A stretch of 64,000 bases of DNA from an uncultured Candidatus Binatia bacterium (GCA_965213675.1 OZ243916.1:3392001-3456000); one strand, 5' to 3'. Positions 18,408 through 28,261 are shown, numbered from the stretch's first letter. Notes: generated by a model not told the origin, from the sequence alone. Made by a program: numbers and translations.

Positions 18408-20956
18408 TGGGTGAATCGAGGGAGTCTGGACGCGCTGTCGAGCGGCGCAGGTTGTACTCAACAGCGCTCCAGCGATTCTCGTCATGGGCGCAAGCCTCCG
18501 AGGGCCGCATGGGCCGCGGGCTCGTTCTGCTGGTGCTCGTCGCCTATTTCCCTGCATTCTCCGGCGGTTTTGTCTGGGACGACGTGATTCTCGTCGCAGA
18601 ACCCTTGATCCGTCGCATTGACGGGATCGCGTCTATCTGGTTCGCGCCGTCGGAACTCAAACACGAGTTTCATTACTGGCCCGTCACCTACACGAGCTTC
18701 TGGATCGAGCACAAGCTCTGGGGTCTTCACCCCGCGGGCTACCACGCGGTCAACATCGTTTTGCACGCGCTGAATACCGTGTTGCTCTGGCGCGTACTTG
18801 TCCGCCTCGCGGTACCCGGTGCGTGGCTCGTGGCCGCGGTTTTCGCGGTTCATCCGGTGCATGTGGAGTCGGTGGCCTGGATCATCGAGCGGAAGGACCT
18901 TCTCTCCGCCCTTTTCTATCTTGGCGCGGTGCATGTGTGGGTACGGTTCACCGAGACGCCCGGGCTCAGTCGCTACCTGTTCTGCCTTGCGCTCTTCGCC
19001 TTGGCATTGCTTTCCAAGTCCATCGCGGTGACCCTGCCGACTACCCTCCTGATCATTCAGTGGTGGCGCCATGGACGTGTGACTTGGCGCGATGCGGCAG
19101 GAGTCGCGCCGTTCTTGGCGCTTGCGGTTGGCATTACGCTTGCCGACCTCGCCTTGTACCAGGACAGGGCCTACCTCCCCTTTGATTACTCGTTGGTCGA
19201 GCGAGCGCTCATCGCGGCGCGGGCGCTTTGGATGTACGTGTACCAGATCGCGTGGCCGGTGCATCTGCCCGTCTTGTACCCTCGTTGGGAAGTCCACACG
19301 GGCGATATCCTGGGCTGGCTGGCGCTCGCGGCCTTGGTTTCTCTTGGCGTGATGCTGTGGTGCGCCCGCGGCCGTATCGGGCGTGGCCCCTTCGCGGCGG
19401 CGTTATTCTTCGCGGTGACCCTTTCGCCGGTCCTCGGCTTTGTGGACTTCAGCTTCATGCGCATCGCCTTCGTGGCGGATCGGTTCCAGTACCTGGCGAG
19501 CATCGGCCCGCTGGCGCTCCTGGGCGTTGTGTTTCACGGGGCGGTTCGAGGGCGGCTGTTGGCTTGGCCCGGACCACCGGGCGCGGTGTTCCTGGCCGGC
19601 GCCATTCTCTTGGTCTTGGGTGTCCTGACTTGGCGGCAAGCGGGCATCTACCGCGACGACCTTGTGTTCGCGCGTCACATCGCCGCGTCTAGTCCGCGTC
19701 ACTATTTCGGACAGATCATGTTGAACGGGGCGCTGAATGGTAGCGGTTACCACGACAAGGCTCTCGAAGCTGCGAGGCGAGGGGTGGACCTTTCCAGGGG
19801 CATCAAGGGGTATTCCCAAGGCGAGGTTGACCTGACCCTCGGTAACGCCCTGTTGGCGCAGGATCACCCCGGCGAGGCGGAGGTCATTCTTCGCCGTTCT
19901 CTGGCGTCCTGGCCACGTGGCCGTGAGGCGGGGCGTCGACTTGAGCTTGCGCAGGCTCTGGTGCGCCAAGCACGCTATGACCAAGCCCTGGAAATCTACC
20001 GAAAGTTGATCGCGGATGACCCCGGTAACGATTTGGCGCATCTTCAGCGCGGAATCGCCAACCTTCAGTCCGGGCGTTACGAGGCCGCGGTCGAATCGTT
20101 CAGCCGGGCGCTGCCGGTGGTCCGTCACGTGAACAATGAGCCTGCTCTGCACGCACTGACGGGTGAGGCCCTTCACAAGCTGGGGCGGCTCGATGCGGCG
20201 GCAGAGCGCCTCGACCAAGCCCTCGCATTACAGCCTGGCAACGTCAGGTTCCTCCTCGCGCGGGCGGACCTGGAAGCCGACAGGATACGGGCTGGGGGTG
20301 TTTCGGTTGGTGTTGGCGACAGTGGGACTCTCGGTGCACAAAACCCTTCGATTCGTGCGGGTGCGGACGCGAAGGGACTTGGCGCTTGGCTCACCCAGGC
20401 CCGGGACCGCTGCGAAGCGTTTATCGAGCACGAGCCGGACCACCCGCTCCCCCGAGTCCTTCTGGGCGCGGTGCTCCTGAGGTTGGCGCTATACGAGGAG
20501 GCGGAGGCAGCTCTCGACAAGGCCTTCTCCCTCGCGCCGAGTCGCCCGATAGCCCGCGAGGCGCATCGGATCATGGGCCAGGTTCGCGAGAAGCAGGGAC
20601 GGACGGCCGACGCGACCCGGCATTACGGGAGTGCGCTGGACATCGACCCCCTCGACGCGGAAGCGCTGGAGCCGCTGGCGGCGATTCGTTTCGCGGATGC
20701 GCGGTTCGAGGACGCTTTGGCGCTGTACCGGCGGCTCGTCAAGGTGAGGCCCTTCGTGGCGCAGGCGCACCTTCGACTTGGAATGACCCTGCATCGCCTG
20801 GACCGATATTCGGATGCGCTGGCGGCCCTGGGCCGCGCTCTGGAGTTGGCTCCGGGCTTGGAGGAAGCCTTGAAAGCGCGGGCAGGGATACGCGGGTCAG
20901 TGGGCGCGCCCCGCGCCGATTCCGATCTCCGGATGGAATCCGGTTTGATGGAATAG
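18407..20956 (+). CDS. TMTC-like membrane glycosyltransferase with C-terminal TPR array, copy 2
   Basis: Tandem paralogue with the same motifs; start overlaps the copy 1 stop. Confidence 0.82.
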   Translation: MGESRESGRAVERRRLYSTALQRFSSWAQASEGRMGRGLVLLVLVAYFPAFSGGFVWDDVILVAEPLIRRIDGIASIWFAPSELKHEFHYWPVTYTSFWIEHKLWGLHPAGYHAVNIVLHALNTVLLWRVLVRLAVPGAWLVAAVFAVHPVHVESVAWIIERKDLLSALFYLGAVHVWVRFTETPGLSRYLFCLALFALALLSKSIAVTLPTTLLIIQWWRHGRVTWRDAAGVAPFLALAVGITLADLALYQDRAYLPFDYSLVERALIAARALWMYVYQIAWPVHLPVLYPRWEVHTGDILGWLALAALVSLGVMLWCARGRIGRGPFAAALFFAVTLSPVLGFVDFSFMRIAFVADRFQYLASIGPLALLGVVFHGAVRGRLLAWPGPPGAVFLAGAILLVLGVLTWRQAGIYRDDLVFARHIAASSPRHYFGQIMLNGALNGSGYHDKALEAARRGVDLSRGIKGYSQGEVDLTLGNALLAQDHPGEAEVILRRSLASWPRGREAGRRLELAQALVRQARYDQALEIYRKLIADDPGNDLAHLQRGIANLQSGRYEAAVESFSRALPVVRHVNNEPALHALTGEALHKLGRLDAAAERLDQALALQPGNVRFLLARADLEADRIRAGGVSVGVGDSGTLGAQNPSIRAGADAKGLGAWLTQARDRCEAFIEHEPDHPLPRVLLGAVLLRLALYEEAEAALDKAFSLAPSRPIAREAHRIMGQVREKQGRTADATRHYGSALDIDPLDAEALEPLAAIRFADARFEDALALYRRLVKVRPFVAQAHLRLGMTLHRLDRYSDALAALGRALELAPGLEEALKARAGIRGSVGAPRADSDLRMESGLME

Positions 20957-21120
20957 TCGTACGGCACGGTGCTTCAGGCCTTGCAGGCCCTCTGTTGTGG
21001 CCAGTTTTTGCATACTTTGGAATCGCAATTCCTGCGCTGCACGTTTGTCAATGCACTTGAATTGGTGGTAAACGGGCACGGGAACGGCAGGGGCGAGAAG
21101 CCCGGAAGGCACGAGAAGCC

Positions 21121-22926
21121 ATGACGCACGCAAGCATATTGGTTGTCCAGAGGGACGGGCCGGATGCTGACGGTTTGGATCGGTGTCTGCGAGGTTTGGG
21201 CTACCATGTGTGCGCGGTGGCGGTTTCCGTGGACGAGGCCCTTGAGCGGGCCGCGGAAACAGCCCCTGACGCGGTATTGATAGACCTCGGTCCCGCCCTC
21301 GCCTCGGGTTCCGGCGCGGAAATGAACGGCACGGCAGCCGGCACAAACGGCGCCGACGCCGGCGCCAATGGCTCCAGCCCGGGAACGAACGGCCTTGGGG
21401 CAGCCCAACGGGTCGGGAGAGAACTCGACATTCCCGTGGTTTGCCTCACGGGCGGGTCTGGCGGCATCCCCCCCCCGCCTCCGTCCACGGGTTATCCGCT
21501 GACCTTCGTCCTGAAACCCGTCGACCCGCGGCAGCTCCGCCTGAGCCTGGACTCGGCTCTGTCTCTGCGTGAGTGGCAAGGCAGGCACAGAGAGACCCGA
21601 AGCCGGTTGGAGCAACGGGTTGAAGAGTTGCAGCAACACGTCCACATGATGGATGTCATCTTCAACAGCATGGAGGAGGGCGTGCTCGCCACGGATCAGG
21701 ACGGGGAGCGCCTGGCATTCAACGAGGGGGCGGTTCGGATCGGCGGCCTGCGTGAGCCCAACAACAACATTCATGAATGGGCGGCCATGCATGGCATTTA
21801 TCTTCTCGACGAGAAGACGCTTCTGCCGGTGGAACAGAATCCCCTTGTGCTCGCCATGCTGGGTCAGGAGACGGACGGGTGCGAGTTGTTCGTGCGCAAC
21901 GACGTGCATCCACAGGGCGTCTATGTCAGCGTCACCGGCCGGCCGCTGAAGGACACCTCCAACCGCCAGAGAGGCGGCGTGGTGGTGTTTCGTGACATTA
22001 CCGAGCGGAAAACGGCGGAGGTGGCGTTGAGGGGCGCCTTTGCACAGGGACGCCTGGAAGGGGTCGATACGGTTCTGCACAACATCGGCAACGCCATCAA
22101 CTCCGTCACCACCGGCGTCGACACCCTCCACCAAGGGCTTGGGAACCATCGGTTGACCCGGCGGCTCCGCGCTCTGGCCGACGCCATCACGGCACACGAA
22201 GACGACTGGCTCGATTATCTCCGAAGCGATCCGCAGGGCCAGAAGGTGCGGCCATTCATCCTCAGCCTGGCCGAAGACATTGCCCGGCACAACCGCAGGT
22301 TGATGAAAACCGTCGAGCGCGTGAGAGACAGGGCCAGGCACATCGCCGACATCGTGCGCACGCAGCGGTCGCCCGGCGGTCCGGCCTCCATACCGAAGAA
22401 CGTCAGTCTTCGGAAGAGTCTTTCGGATGCCGTCAGGGTCGTGCAGGATTCGCACGGCGATGACCGGATCCGGTTCCAGGTGGACTGCGCCAAGGCGCCG
22501 AAGGAAGTCGCGATTCAGGAGAGTCCGTTTCATCAGATGCTGGTCAACATCATCAAGAACGCGGCTCAGGCGATTCAACAGCGCCGGGAGGCGGACGCAC
22601 TCGACGAAGAGCCTTGCGTTCGGATACAGGCCGCCAGCGCCGACGGTTCGCTCAACCTTGAAGTGACCGATAACGGCATCGGCTTCGCGAACCGGGACAC
22701 CCGCGCGTTCTTTTCCGCGGGCTACACCACCAAGGAATCAGGCACCGGGCTGGGTCTCCATTCGGCCGCCAACTTTGTCGCGGGCGCGGGCGGCCGCATT
22801 GAGATTTCGAGCCCGGGCCTCGGCAAGGGCGCCACCGTGCGTATCGGGCTGCGGCTGCCCCCCCCCCCCGCATTACGCGCAATTGGGCCGAGTCGGCCGG
22901 TTCGGCAAGCCATGCGTCCGGAATGA
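21121..22926 (+). CDS. Soluble hybrid histidine kinase (atypical REC-PAS-HisKA-HATPase)
   Basis: H-box VLHNIGNAINSV, N-box NIIKNA, DNGIG, YTTK and GTGLGLH; PAS ending FRDITERK; no TM. Confidence 0.88.
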   Translation: MTHASILVVQRDGPDADGLDRCLRGLGYHVCAVAVSVDEALERAAETAPDAVLIDLGPALASGSGAEMNGTAAGTNGADAGANGSSPGTNGLGAAQRVGRELDIPVVCLTGGSGGIPPPPPSTGYPLTFVLKPVDPRQLRLSLDSALSLREWQGRHRETRSRLEQRVEELQQHVHMMDVIFNSMEEGVLATDQDGERLAFNEGAVRIGGLREPNNNIHEWAAMHGIYLLDEKTLLPVEQNPLVLAMLGQETDGCELFVRNDVHPQGVYVSVTGRPLKDTSNRQRGGVVVFRDITERKTAEVALRGAFAQGRLEGVDTVLHNIGNAINSVTTGVDTLHQGLGNHRLTRRLRALADAITAHEDDWLDYLRSDPQGQKVRPFILSLAEDIARHNRRLMKTVERVRDRARHIADIVRTQRSPGGPASIPKNVSLRKSLSDAVRVVQDSHGDDRIRFQVDCAKAPKEVAIQESPFHQMLVNIIKNAAQAIQQRREADALDEEPCVRIQAASADGSLNLEVTDNGIGFANRDTRAFFSAGYTTKESGTGLGLHSAANFVAGAGGRIEISSPGLGKGATVRIGLRLPPPPALRAIGPSRPVRQAMRPE

Positions 22927-22955
22927 ATGAGGCATGAACGACAGGAGGATTCCGG

Positions 22956-24851
22956 ATGGATTTCGAAGGGTACACCAACCGCCGCGTGTTGATCGTCGAC
23001 GATCAGAAGGAGATTCACGACGACTTCGCGGAGATGCTGAACCCCCGGTCGTTGGCGTCGCCGGGCAACGAATTGGCGTCCGCGTTTCTCGCCGAGGATG
23101 AGCCCTTCCTTCTGCCGGACTTCGAGATGCTGCACGCAAGGAACGGAGAGGACGCCTGCGGGATTGTGAGTGCCGGAAGGCAAGAAGACCGTCCGGTTGC
23201 CGTCGCTTATGTCGATATCCGCATGCCCCCGGGCATTGACGGAATCGAAACCATCGGCCGCATCAGAGAGATCGACCCGGACATCGAGGTGGTCATCATG
23301 ACCGCCTACACCGACCGGCCCCTGCCCGAAATCGTCCAGACCGTTGGGCCGCTTCACAAGGTGCTATACGTCCGCAAGCCCTTCGCGCGCGAGGAAATTC
23401 AGCAGATCACGCTCTCCCTGGTGGGGAAGTGGAATGTGGAGCGGAAACTGGCGGAGAGCCGTCGCCAGCTTTCCATCGGCTACACGCGGCTGGAATCCGT
23501 GCTCAACGCTTCCCGCGAGCCCATGGCCCTGTATGATCGTGACGGGCGCCTCGTGTTTGCCAATCAAGGCTATCAGACACTGGCGGGCCTCACGACAAGC
23601 GAGTTGAAGGAACTTGCGCCGGATGCGGTAACGGCCCTGATGAAAGAGCGGTTCCACGAGCCCGAGCTACCCGAGCTGGAGAGGCAATCCATCTTCGGGG
23701 ATGTGGGCGACCTCCTGGAGCAAAAAGGCGACGACGAGGCCGCGGCGAGCCGGTTGTTCTACCGCGCGACTTCGCAGGTGCGTGACAGCCAGGGCACGGT
23801 GGTGGGCGATCTCTACGTCTACCGGGATGTGTCCGGGGAGATGGAAAGAGAGCGCATGAAGGCCGAGTTGCTGTGGTTGCGCACCGAGTTGGATGCCGCG
23901 GAGTCCGTCGAGGGCATGGTCGGCGCCAGTCGGCCCATGCAGCAGGTCTACGCGCTGATGCGGCAGGCCGCGGGAAGCGACATCACCGTGTTGATTCGCG
24001 GCGAGAGCGGTACGGGCAAGGAGCTGGTGGCCCGGATGCTTCACTCCAGCAGTCCCCGGAACAAGGGACCCTTCGTGGCTCTCAACTGCGCCGCCATCCC
24101 CGAATCTCTGATGGAGAGTGAGCTGTTCGGCCACGAACAGGGGGCGTTCACGGGAGCAACCCAGACGAGAATCGGCGCCTTCGAGCGGGCCAACCGCGGG
24201 ACCATCCTGCTTGACGAAATCGGCGACATGCAGCCCGCCCTCCAGGCCAAGCTCTTGCGGGTGTTGCAGGAACGGGAAATCCAGCGTGTGGGAGGGTCCG
24301 GCACCATCCCCGTCGATGTCCGGGTCATCGTGGCCACCAACAAGAATCTTGAGGTCGCGGTGAAGGACGGGGACTTCCGTGAAGATCTGTTGTATCGCAT
24401 CGCGGCCTTTCCCATCGTGATTCCGCCCCTCAGGGAGCGTCGTGGGGACATCACGATGCTGGCGGATTATTTTCTGAGGATACACGCCCAGCGTAGCGGC
24501 CACGCACTCAAGGGAATCTCCACCGCCGCGTGCCGGTTGTTGCTGCAATACGACTGGCCAGGCAACGTACGCGAACTCAACAACGCCATCGAGCGCGCCG
24601 TCCTGCTGGAGCAGACCGACGTGCTGCAGGCGGAGAGCCTGCCGCAGCAACTTTTTCAGCGCCGTGCGGGTTCTGAGCGGCGGCGCCCCCAGGTGGCGGC
24701 GCTGTCGTTGGTGGAGGTCGAGCGGGAGGCCCTCACCCAGGCGCTCGAAGCCACCGGAAACAACATCACGCAGGCGGCCCGGACACTGGGCATCAACCGG
24801 GTGACGCTGCACCGGAAATTGAAGCGATACGGCCTGACCAACAGGAATTAA
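22956..24851 (+). CDS. Sigma54-dependent response regulator (REC-PAS-AAA+-Fis HTH)
   Basis: LIVDD/DIRMP receiver, GESGTGKE, GAFTGA, LLDEIG and WPGNVREL motifs; C-terminal HTH. Confidence 0.93.
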   Translation: MDFEGYTNRRVLIVDDQKEIHDDFAEMLNPRSLASPGNELASAFLAEDEPFLLPDFEMLHARNGEDACGIVSAGRQEDRPVAVAYVDIRMPPGIDGIETIGRIREIDPDIEVVIMTAYTDRPLPEIVQTVGPLHKVLYVRKPFAREEIQQITLSLVGKWNVERKLAESRRQLSIGYTRLESVLNASREPMALYDRDGRLVFANQGYQTLAGLTTSELKELAPDAVTALMKERFHEPELPELERQSIFGDVGDLLEQKGDDEAAASRLFYRATSQVRDSQGTVVGDLYVYRDVSGEMERERMKAELLWLRTELDAAESVEGMVGASRPMQQVYALMRQAAGSDITVLIRGESGTGKELVARMLHSSSPRNKGPFVALNCAAIPESLMESELFGHEQGAFTGATQTRIGAFERANRGTILLDEIGDMQPALQAKLLRVLQEREIQRVGGSGTIPVDVRVIVATNKNLEVAVKDGDFREDLLYRIAAFPIVIPPLRERRGDITMLADYFLRIHAQRSGHALKGISTAACRLLLQYDWPGNVRELNNAIERAVLLEQTDVLQAESLPQQLFQRRAGSERRRPQVAALSLVEVEREALTQALEATGNNITQAARTLGINRVTLHRKLKRYGLTNRN

Positions 24852-24873
24852 GAGTCGATTGCAGCCTCATGCA

Positions 24874-24909
24874 TGTTGCATTTGTCGCCCATTGTTGCAA
24901 ATTGCCACA
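24874..24909. promoter_or_regulatory. Candidate upstream activator sites (tandem TGTTGCA-N3-TGCxACA-like)
   Basis: TGTTGCATTTGTCGCCC and TGTTGCAAATTGCCACA, 19 bp apart, about 220 bp upstream of the sigma54 motif. Confidence 0.4.
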
Positions 24910-25121
24910 GTTCCGCTGTATAGCGGAAAATCCCCATTAAATTTAGCTAGTTATGCCACTTCCGTCGAGAAGGCCCGTGCATCAGGGTCGGGCAGCGATC
25001 AATGCGGTAACACGGCTGGAATCCGCGGTTGTCAGTTCCCCCTTCTCCCCCCACCACCTAACTCCCGGTAAACCCTTGATGACCGGGCAAATATCTGGTT
25101 CCGTCCCCCTTTGGGCTAAAA

Positions 25122-25137
25122 TGGCACGGTTTGTGCG
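25122..25137 (+). promoter_or_regulatory. Sigma54 -24/-12 promoter of the tad operon
   Basis: TGGCACGGTTTGTGCG: exact GG-N10-GC with TGGCACG, directly downstream of the activator gene. Confidence 0.75.
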
Positions 25138-25198
25138 TAGCATACACTCGGCTTCAAGTGGCCTTCGTGGTCGGAACGGTCATTGCCGAGCAGAGGGT

Positions 25199-25864
25199 AT
25201 GACAGAGGGTATGACATTGACGATTCGTAAATTGCTTCCATGGTTGCGCGGGCTTTCCTCCTTTTCGGTGGGGTCCTTGCGTCCTTTCGCCTTCTGCCGC
25301 CGCGCGTCGGTGGCGTTGGAGAGCGTCGCATACATCGCCTTCACGGTGGGGATGTTCGGTACCGCGTTTGAAATTGTGACGACGGTGAACACCGGCGACA
25401 TCCTGGAGCGCGCGGCCTACGCGGTGGCGCGGGACCATGTGTTGCAGGAGTACCAGGCGAGGAACCCGCAGGAGTTGGAAAGCCGCGCTTGGGAGGCCAT
25501 TCGGGCAGAGGTGGGAGACGCGCTGGACAGCAGCGTCGTGGATGTTCGGTTTGAAGTCTACGAGAACCCGACGAAGATGCTGCGTGGCGAGGTGTCCACC
25601 GACAAAAACAGCCAGAAGGGTGGGGGTCAGGGCGACATGGTGGTGGTGAAGCTGAGCTACGAGCCCACCACCGGATTTGCGTGGTTGCGACGGCAATTGC
25701 TGGACAACGGAGGGAGCGGCGAGGTCGCCTTCGCAGCGCTGGCGGTGACGCGCAACGAACTGGCATTGGCTGTCAATCCCGACAAGGCCGAGACCGTCTC
25801 GCAGACCGGCGACCCGGATTCCCAGGCCGATGGCTTACTTGACCCGAGCCAACTCACACCTTGA
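25199..25864 (+). CDS. tadE: TadE-like pseudopilin
   Basis: RRA|SVALE followed by a hydrophobic helix and LERAAYAVAR; GGQGDMVVVKLSY; start 25199 or 25211. Confidence 0.7.
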   Translation: MTEGMTLTIRKLLPWLRGLSSFSVGSLRPFAFCRRASVALESVAYIAFTVGMFGTAFEIVTTVNTGDILERAAYAVARDHVLQEYQARNPQELESRAWEAIRAEVGDALDSSVVDVRFEVYENPTKMLRGEVSTDKNSQKGGGQGDMVVVKLSYEPTTGFAWLRRQLLDNGGSGEVAFAALAVTRNELALAVNPDKAETVSQTGDPDSQADGLLDPSQLTP

Positions 25865-25873
25865 GGTAGGCCA

Positions 25874-26470
25874 ATGAACGGATTGAAACACAAGTTGTCT
25901 TCAAGTGTCCCCGCGGTTCTGTCCTCGTGGTGGCGTAGCAGGCGGGCGTCCGTAAGCGTCGAGTTCGTCGCCGGATCGGTGCTCTTTCTCGCCATAACAA
26001 CAGGTTCCCTGGACATCTACCGGCTCATCGAGACGAAGACGTTGGGCTCACAGGCTGCGAACACCATGGCTGAGTACATGTCGTTGGCGAGTACGCCGGA
26101 GGCCGAGTGGGTCAACGATTTGGCGAAATACTCTCACGAGAATCAGATAGGGGTGTCATCAAAGGTGGTCGTCGTCATTTCCGCGATCGAACAGGGCGCC
26201 ACGCCGCCTGTGCAATGGGACCACAAGGTCTTTCTGGCTCCCGACGGCGAGACTCTGCCCACCCTTGCCGAGGCTTGCGGCGCGCGCACCCTGATCGGTG
26301 ACGGCGGCGCCCTCCCCACGGAGTTGGCAATGGTTGCCGGCGAGACGGTCATGGTGGTGGAGGTTTGTGTCAATCCCGCCGGGTTGATTTCGAGCGGTCT
26401 CTTCTCCACCCCACTGTATCAATACAGGATCGTGCCGGTGCGTGCCGATCTGCCGACCATACAGTCGTGA
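25874..26470 (+). CDS. TadE/TadF-like pseudopilin
   Basis: RRA|SVSVEF followed by a hydrophobic helix; GETVMVVEVC motif. Confidence 0.72.
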   Translation: MNGLKHKLSSSVPAVLSSWWRSRRASVSVEFVAGSVLFLAITTGSLDIYRLIETKTLGSQAANTMAEYMSLASTPEAEWVNDLAKYSHENQIGVSSKVVVVISAIEQGATPPVQWDHKVFLAPDGETLPTLAEACGARTLIGDGGALPTELAMVAGETVMVVEVCVNPAGLISSGLFSTPLYQYRIVPVRADLPTIQS

Positions 26471-26489
26471 ATGTCGCGGGGTTGACGCA

Positions 26490-27968
26490 ATGAAGAAAAC
26501 GTCAAACATACTGGCCCGTTCGGCCCGGTTTGCTCGGGAAACCGCGGCGGCGGTGGGGCTTGCATCCGTCCTGCTTGGCTCAGCGGTATTTATGACCGTG
26601 GGCGCGATCAGCGATTTGGTCTGGGTTTCCCACCAGAAAAACATGCTGGAGGCCGCCATCGATGCGGGCGGAATCGCGGCGTTCAAGGAGATGTCCACCC
26701 TCTCGCCGGCCGCCACCGATGAAGAGAGCCAACAGCAAAACGATCAACTCAAGGCCACGATCAAGCGTTACGTCCTGGCCAACGTGCCGCAGGCATATCG
26801 CGCGGACTTGAGCAAAAGTCTGACGATTGATCTTCATCGCGGTACGAAGCAAAAGGAAGAATCCGTGACGGTCGAGGTGGCCGCGAAATTGCCTGGCTCC
26901 ATTCTAGGTCAGTCGTGGGGGCTTGATCTAGGCGAACAGGAGGTCAACACCCGTCTCCAGGTCAAGCGTTCTCTCGTCCCCGTGGACATTGTAGTGGCAT
27001 TGTCCGGCAGTACCGAGATGAGGTCGAGTATTTCGCAAGCTAACAAGCATTATGTGCACTTCGAGCAAAACCCGGACTCACGGCTCGTAGCCGCCAAGAA
27101 TGCAGCCAGCACGCTCGTCAGTGCCCTGTTCCTTGCCGGCGGAGAAGAGCACGTGTCGGTAGGTTTTGTGCCATATACGGCGGTCGTCAATGTCGGCAAG
27201 AATCGGTCAGGCTGGGTGGATGACATCGGTAAGGAACCCGACAAGGCCACACCGCCGAATTTCAGCCCATGGGAAGGCTGTGTCTTGCACCGAGCGGACC
27301 ACTTGTCACTCGCCACCCCCGCCCAAGCGAAGTTCCCGTCGTATTTTCATCCCAAGACGCGCACGCACTGGATGGCTGAAGAGGACTGGCTGGGTTTGGA
27401 GGGCCCGCAATTGTACTGCATCAGAACCCCAATTACGCCGCTGTCCAACGACGAATCCTCAATCCAACAAACAATCGCCGACTTGGCGCTGTGGGAAAAC
27501 ACGGGCAACATGACCCATCTTGGCGTCCAATGGGGTAGGAGGGTGCTCGCACCTGATTGGCGGGTGTCGTGGGGGGGTGAGGAGCCCGAAGGGGACCGAA
27601 AGAAGGTTCTTGTGTTGCTGACGGACGGCACGAACAATGTCGGCGCTAAGAGTTATTCGGCCTACGGCCAACCCGGAGCCGGAATCAGCGGGATGGGTAC
27701 GCAACGCGCGAACGAAAGGAGAGTGAAGCTTGACCAAGCCACTCGGGATCATTGCGACCTAGCCAGGAGCGAGGGAATTCATGTTTACGGGGTCTTGGCC
27801 GTACCCAATGACCACTCGAGACGCGAGGCGATATTTGACCTGCTTCGTGATTGCACGGGTTCTGCCGACAGGGTGTTCAGGACCGGTTCTCCAGCCAAAC
27901 TCACCGAGGCGTTCCTGAAGATCGGTAAGGCGGTAGGGGAGATACGGCGGGCGAGACCGTCAGGCTGA
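26490..27968 (+). CDS. tadG: TadG-like pilus protein with vWA domain
   Basis: N-terminal hydrophobic helix, LEAAIDAGGIAA, VGFVPY...VNVG, WEGCV and KKVLVLLTDG. Confidence 0.8.
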   Translation: MKKTSNILARSARFARETAAAVGLASVLLGSAVFMTVGAISDLVWVSHQKNMLEAAIDAGGIAAFKEMSTLSPAATDEESQQQNDQLKATIKRYVLANVPQAYRADLSKSLTIDLHRGTKQKEESVTVEVAAKLPGSILGQSWGLDLGEQEVNTRLQVKRSLVPVDIVVALSGSTEMRSSISQANKHYVHFEQNPDSRLVAAKNAASTLVSALFLAGGEEHVSVGFVPYTAVVNVGKNRSGWVDDIGKEPDKATPPNFSPWEGCVLHRADHLSLATPAQAKFPSYFHPKTRTHWMAEEDWLGLEGPQLYCIRTPITPLSNDESSIQQTIADLALWENTGNMTHLGVQWGRRVLAPDWRVSWGGEEPEGDRKKVLVLLTDGTNNVGAKSYSAYGQPGAGISGMGTQRANERRVKLDQATRDHCDLARSEGIHVYGVLAVPNDHSRREAIFDLLRDCTGSADRVFRTGSPAKLTEAFLKIGKAVGEIRRARPSG

Positions 27969-28021
27969 TGGCTGAATCTCAATGTAATGAAGTTTAAGTC
28001 TAGCAAAGGGGAGGAAACCTA

Positions 28022-28189
28022 ATGATTATACGCCTAGTTGAGTATCTTCGGAGCCGAAGGGCTATCTCGGCCTTGGAGTATGCTGTGCTTGTCGGCGTCC
28101 TTGTCGTGGGGATTGGCGCCGCCCTCGTCACTTTTGGAACCAATATCAATACTTATATAACGAATCAGACTACCAAGCTCCCAACTTAG
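28022..28189 (+). CDS. flp: Flp family major pilin (55 aa; not in ORF track)
   Basis: MIIRLVEYLRSRRA|ISALEYAVLVGVLVVGIGAALVTFGTNINTYITNQTTKLPT; RBS GGGGAGG; EY Flp motif. Confidence 0.88.
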   Translation: MIIRLVEYLRSRRAISALEYAVLVGVLVVGIGAALVTFGTNINTYITNQTTKLPT

Positions 28190-28261
28190 TATTGTGGGGG
28201 TTAGGGCATATGCAGGTGCTGTGGTGTCACGCTCGTAGCGCCATGGCACCTGCGTAATTTA

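Noticed and set aside
21074-21089. Possible sigma54 promoter before the kinase (GGCACGGGAACGGC)
   Set aside because: GG-N10-GC spacing fits, but the -12 element lacks TT and a chance match is likely in GC-rich DNA
22858-22956. Frameshift fusion of kinase and regulator through the C12 tract
   Set aside because: The regulator frame has a TGA at 22935-22937, upstream of its start
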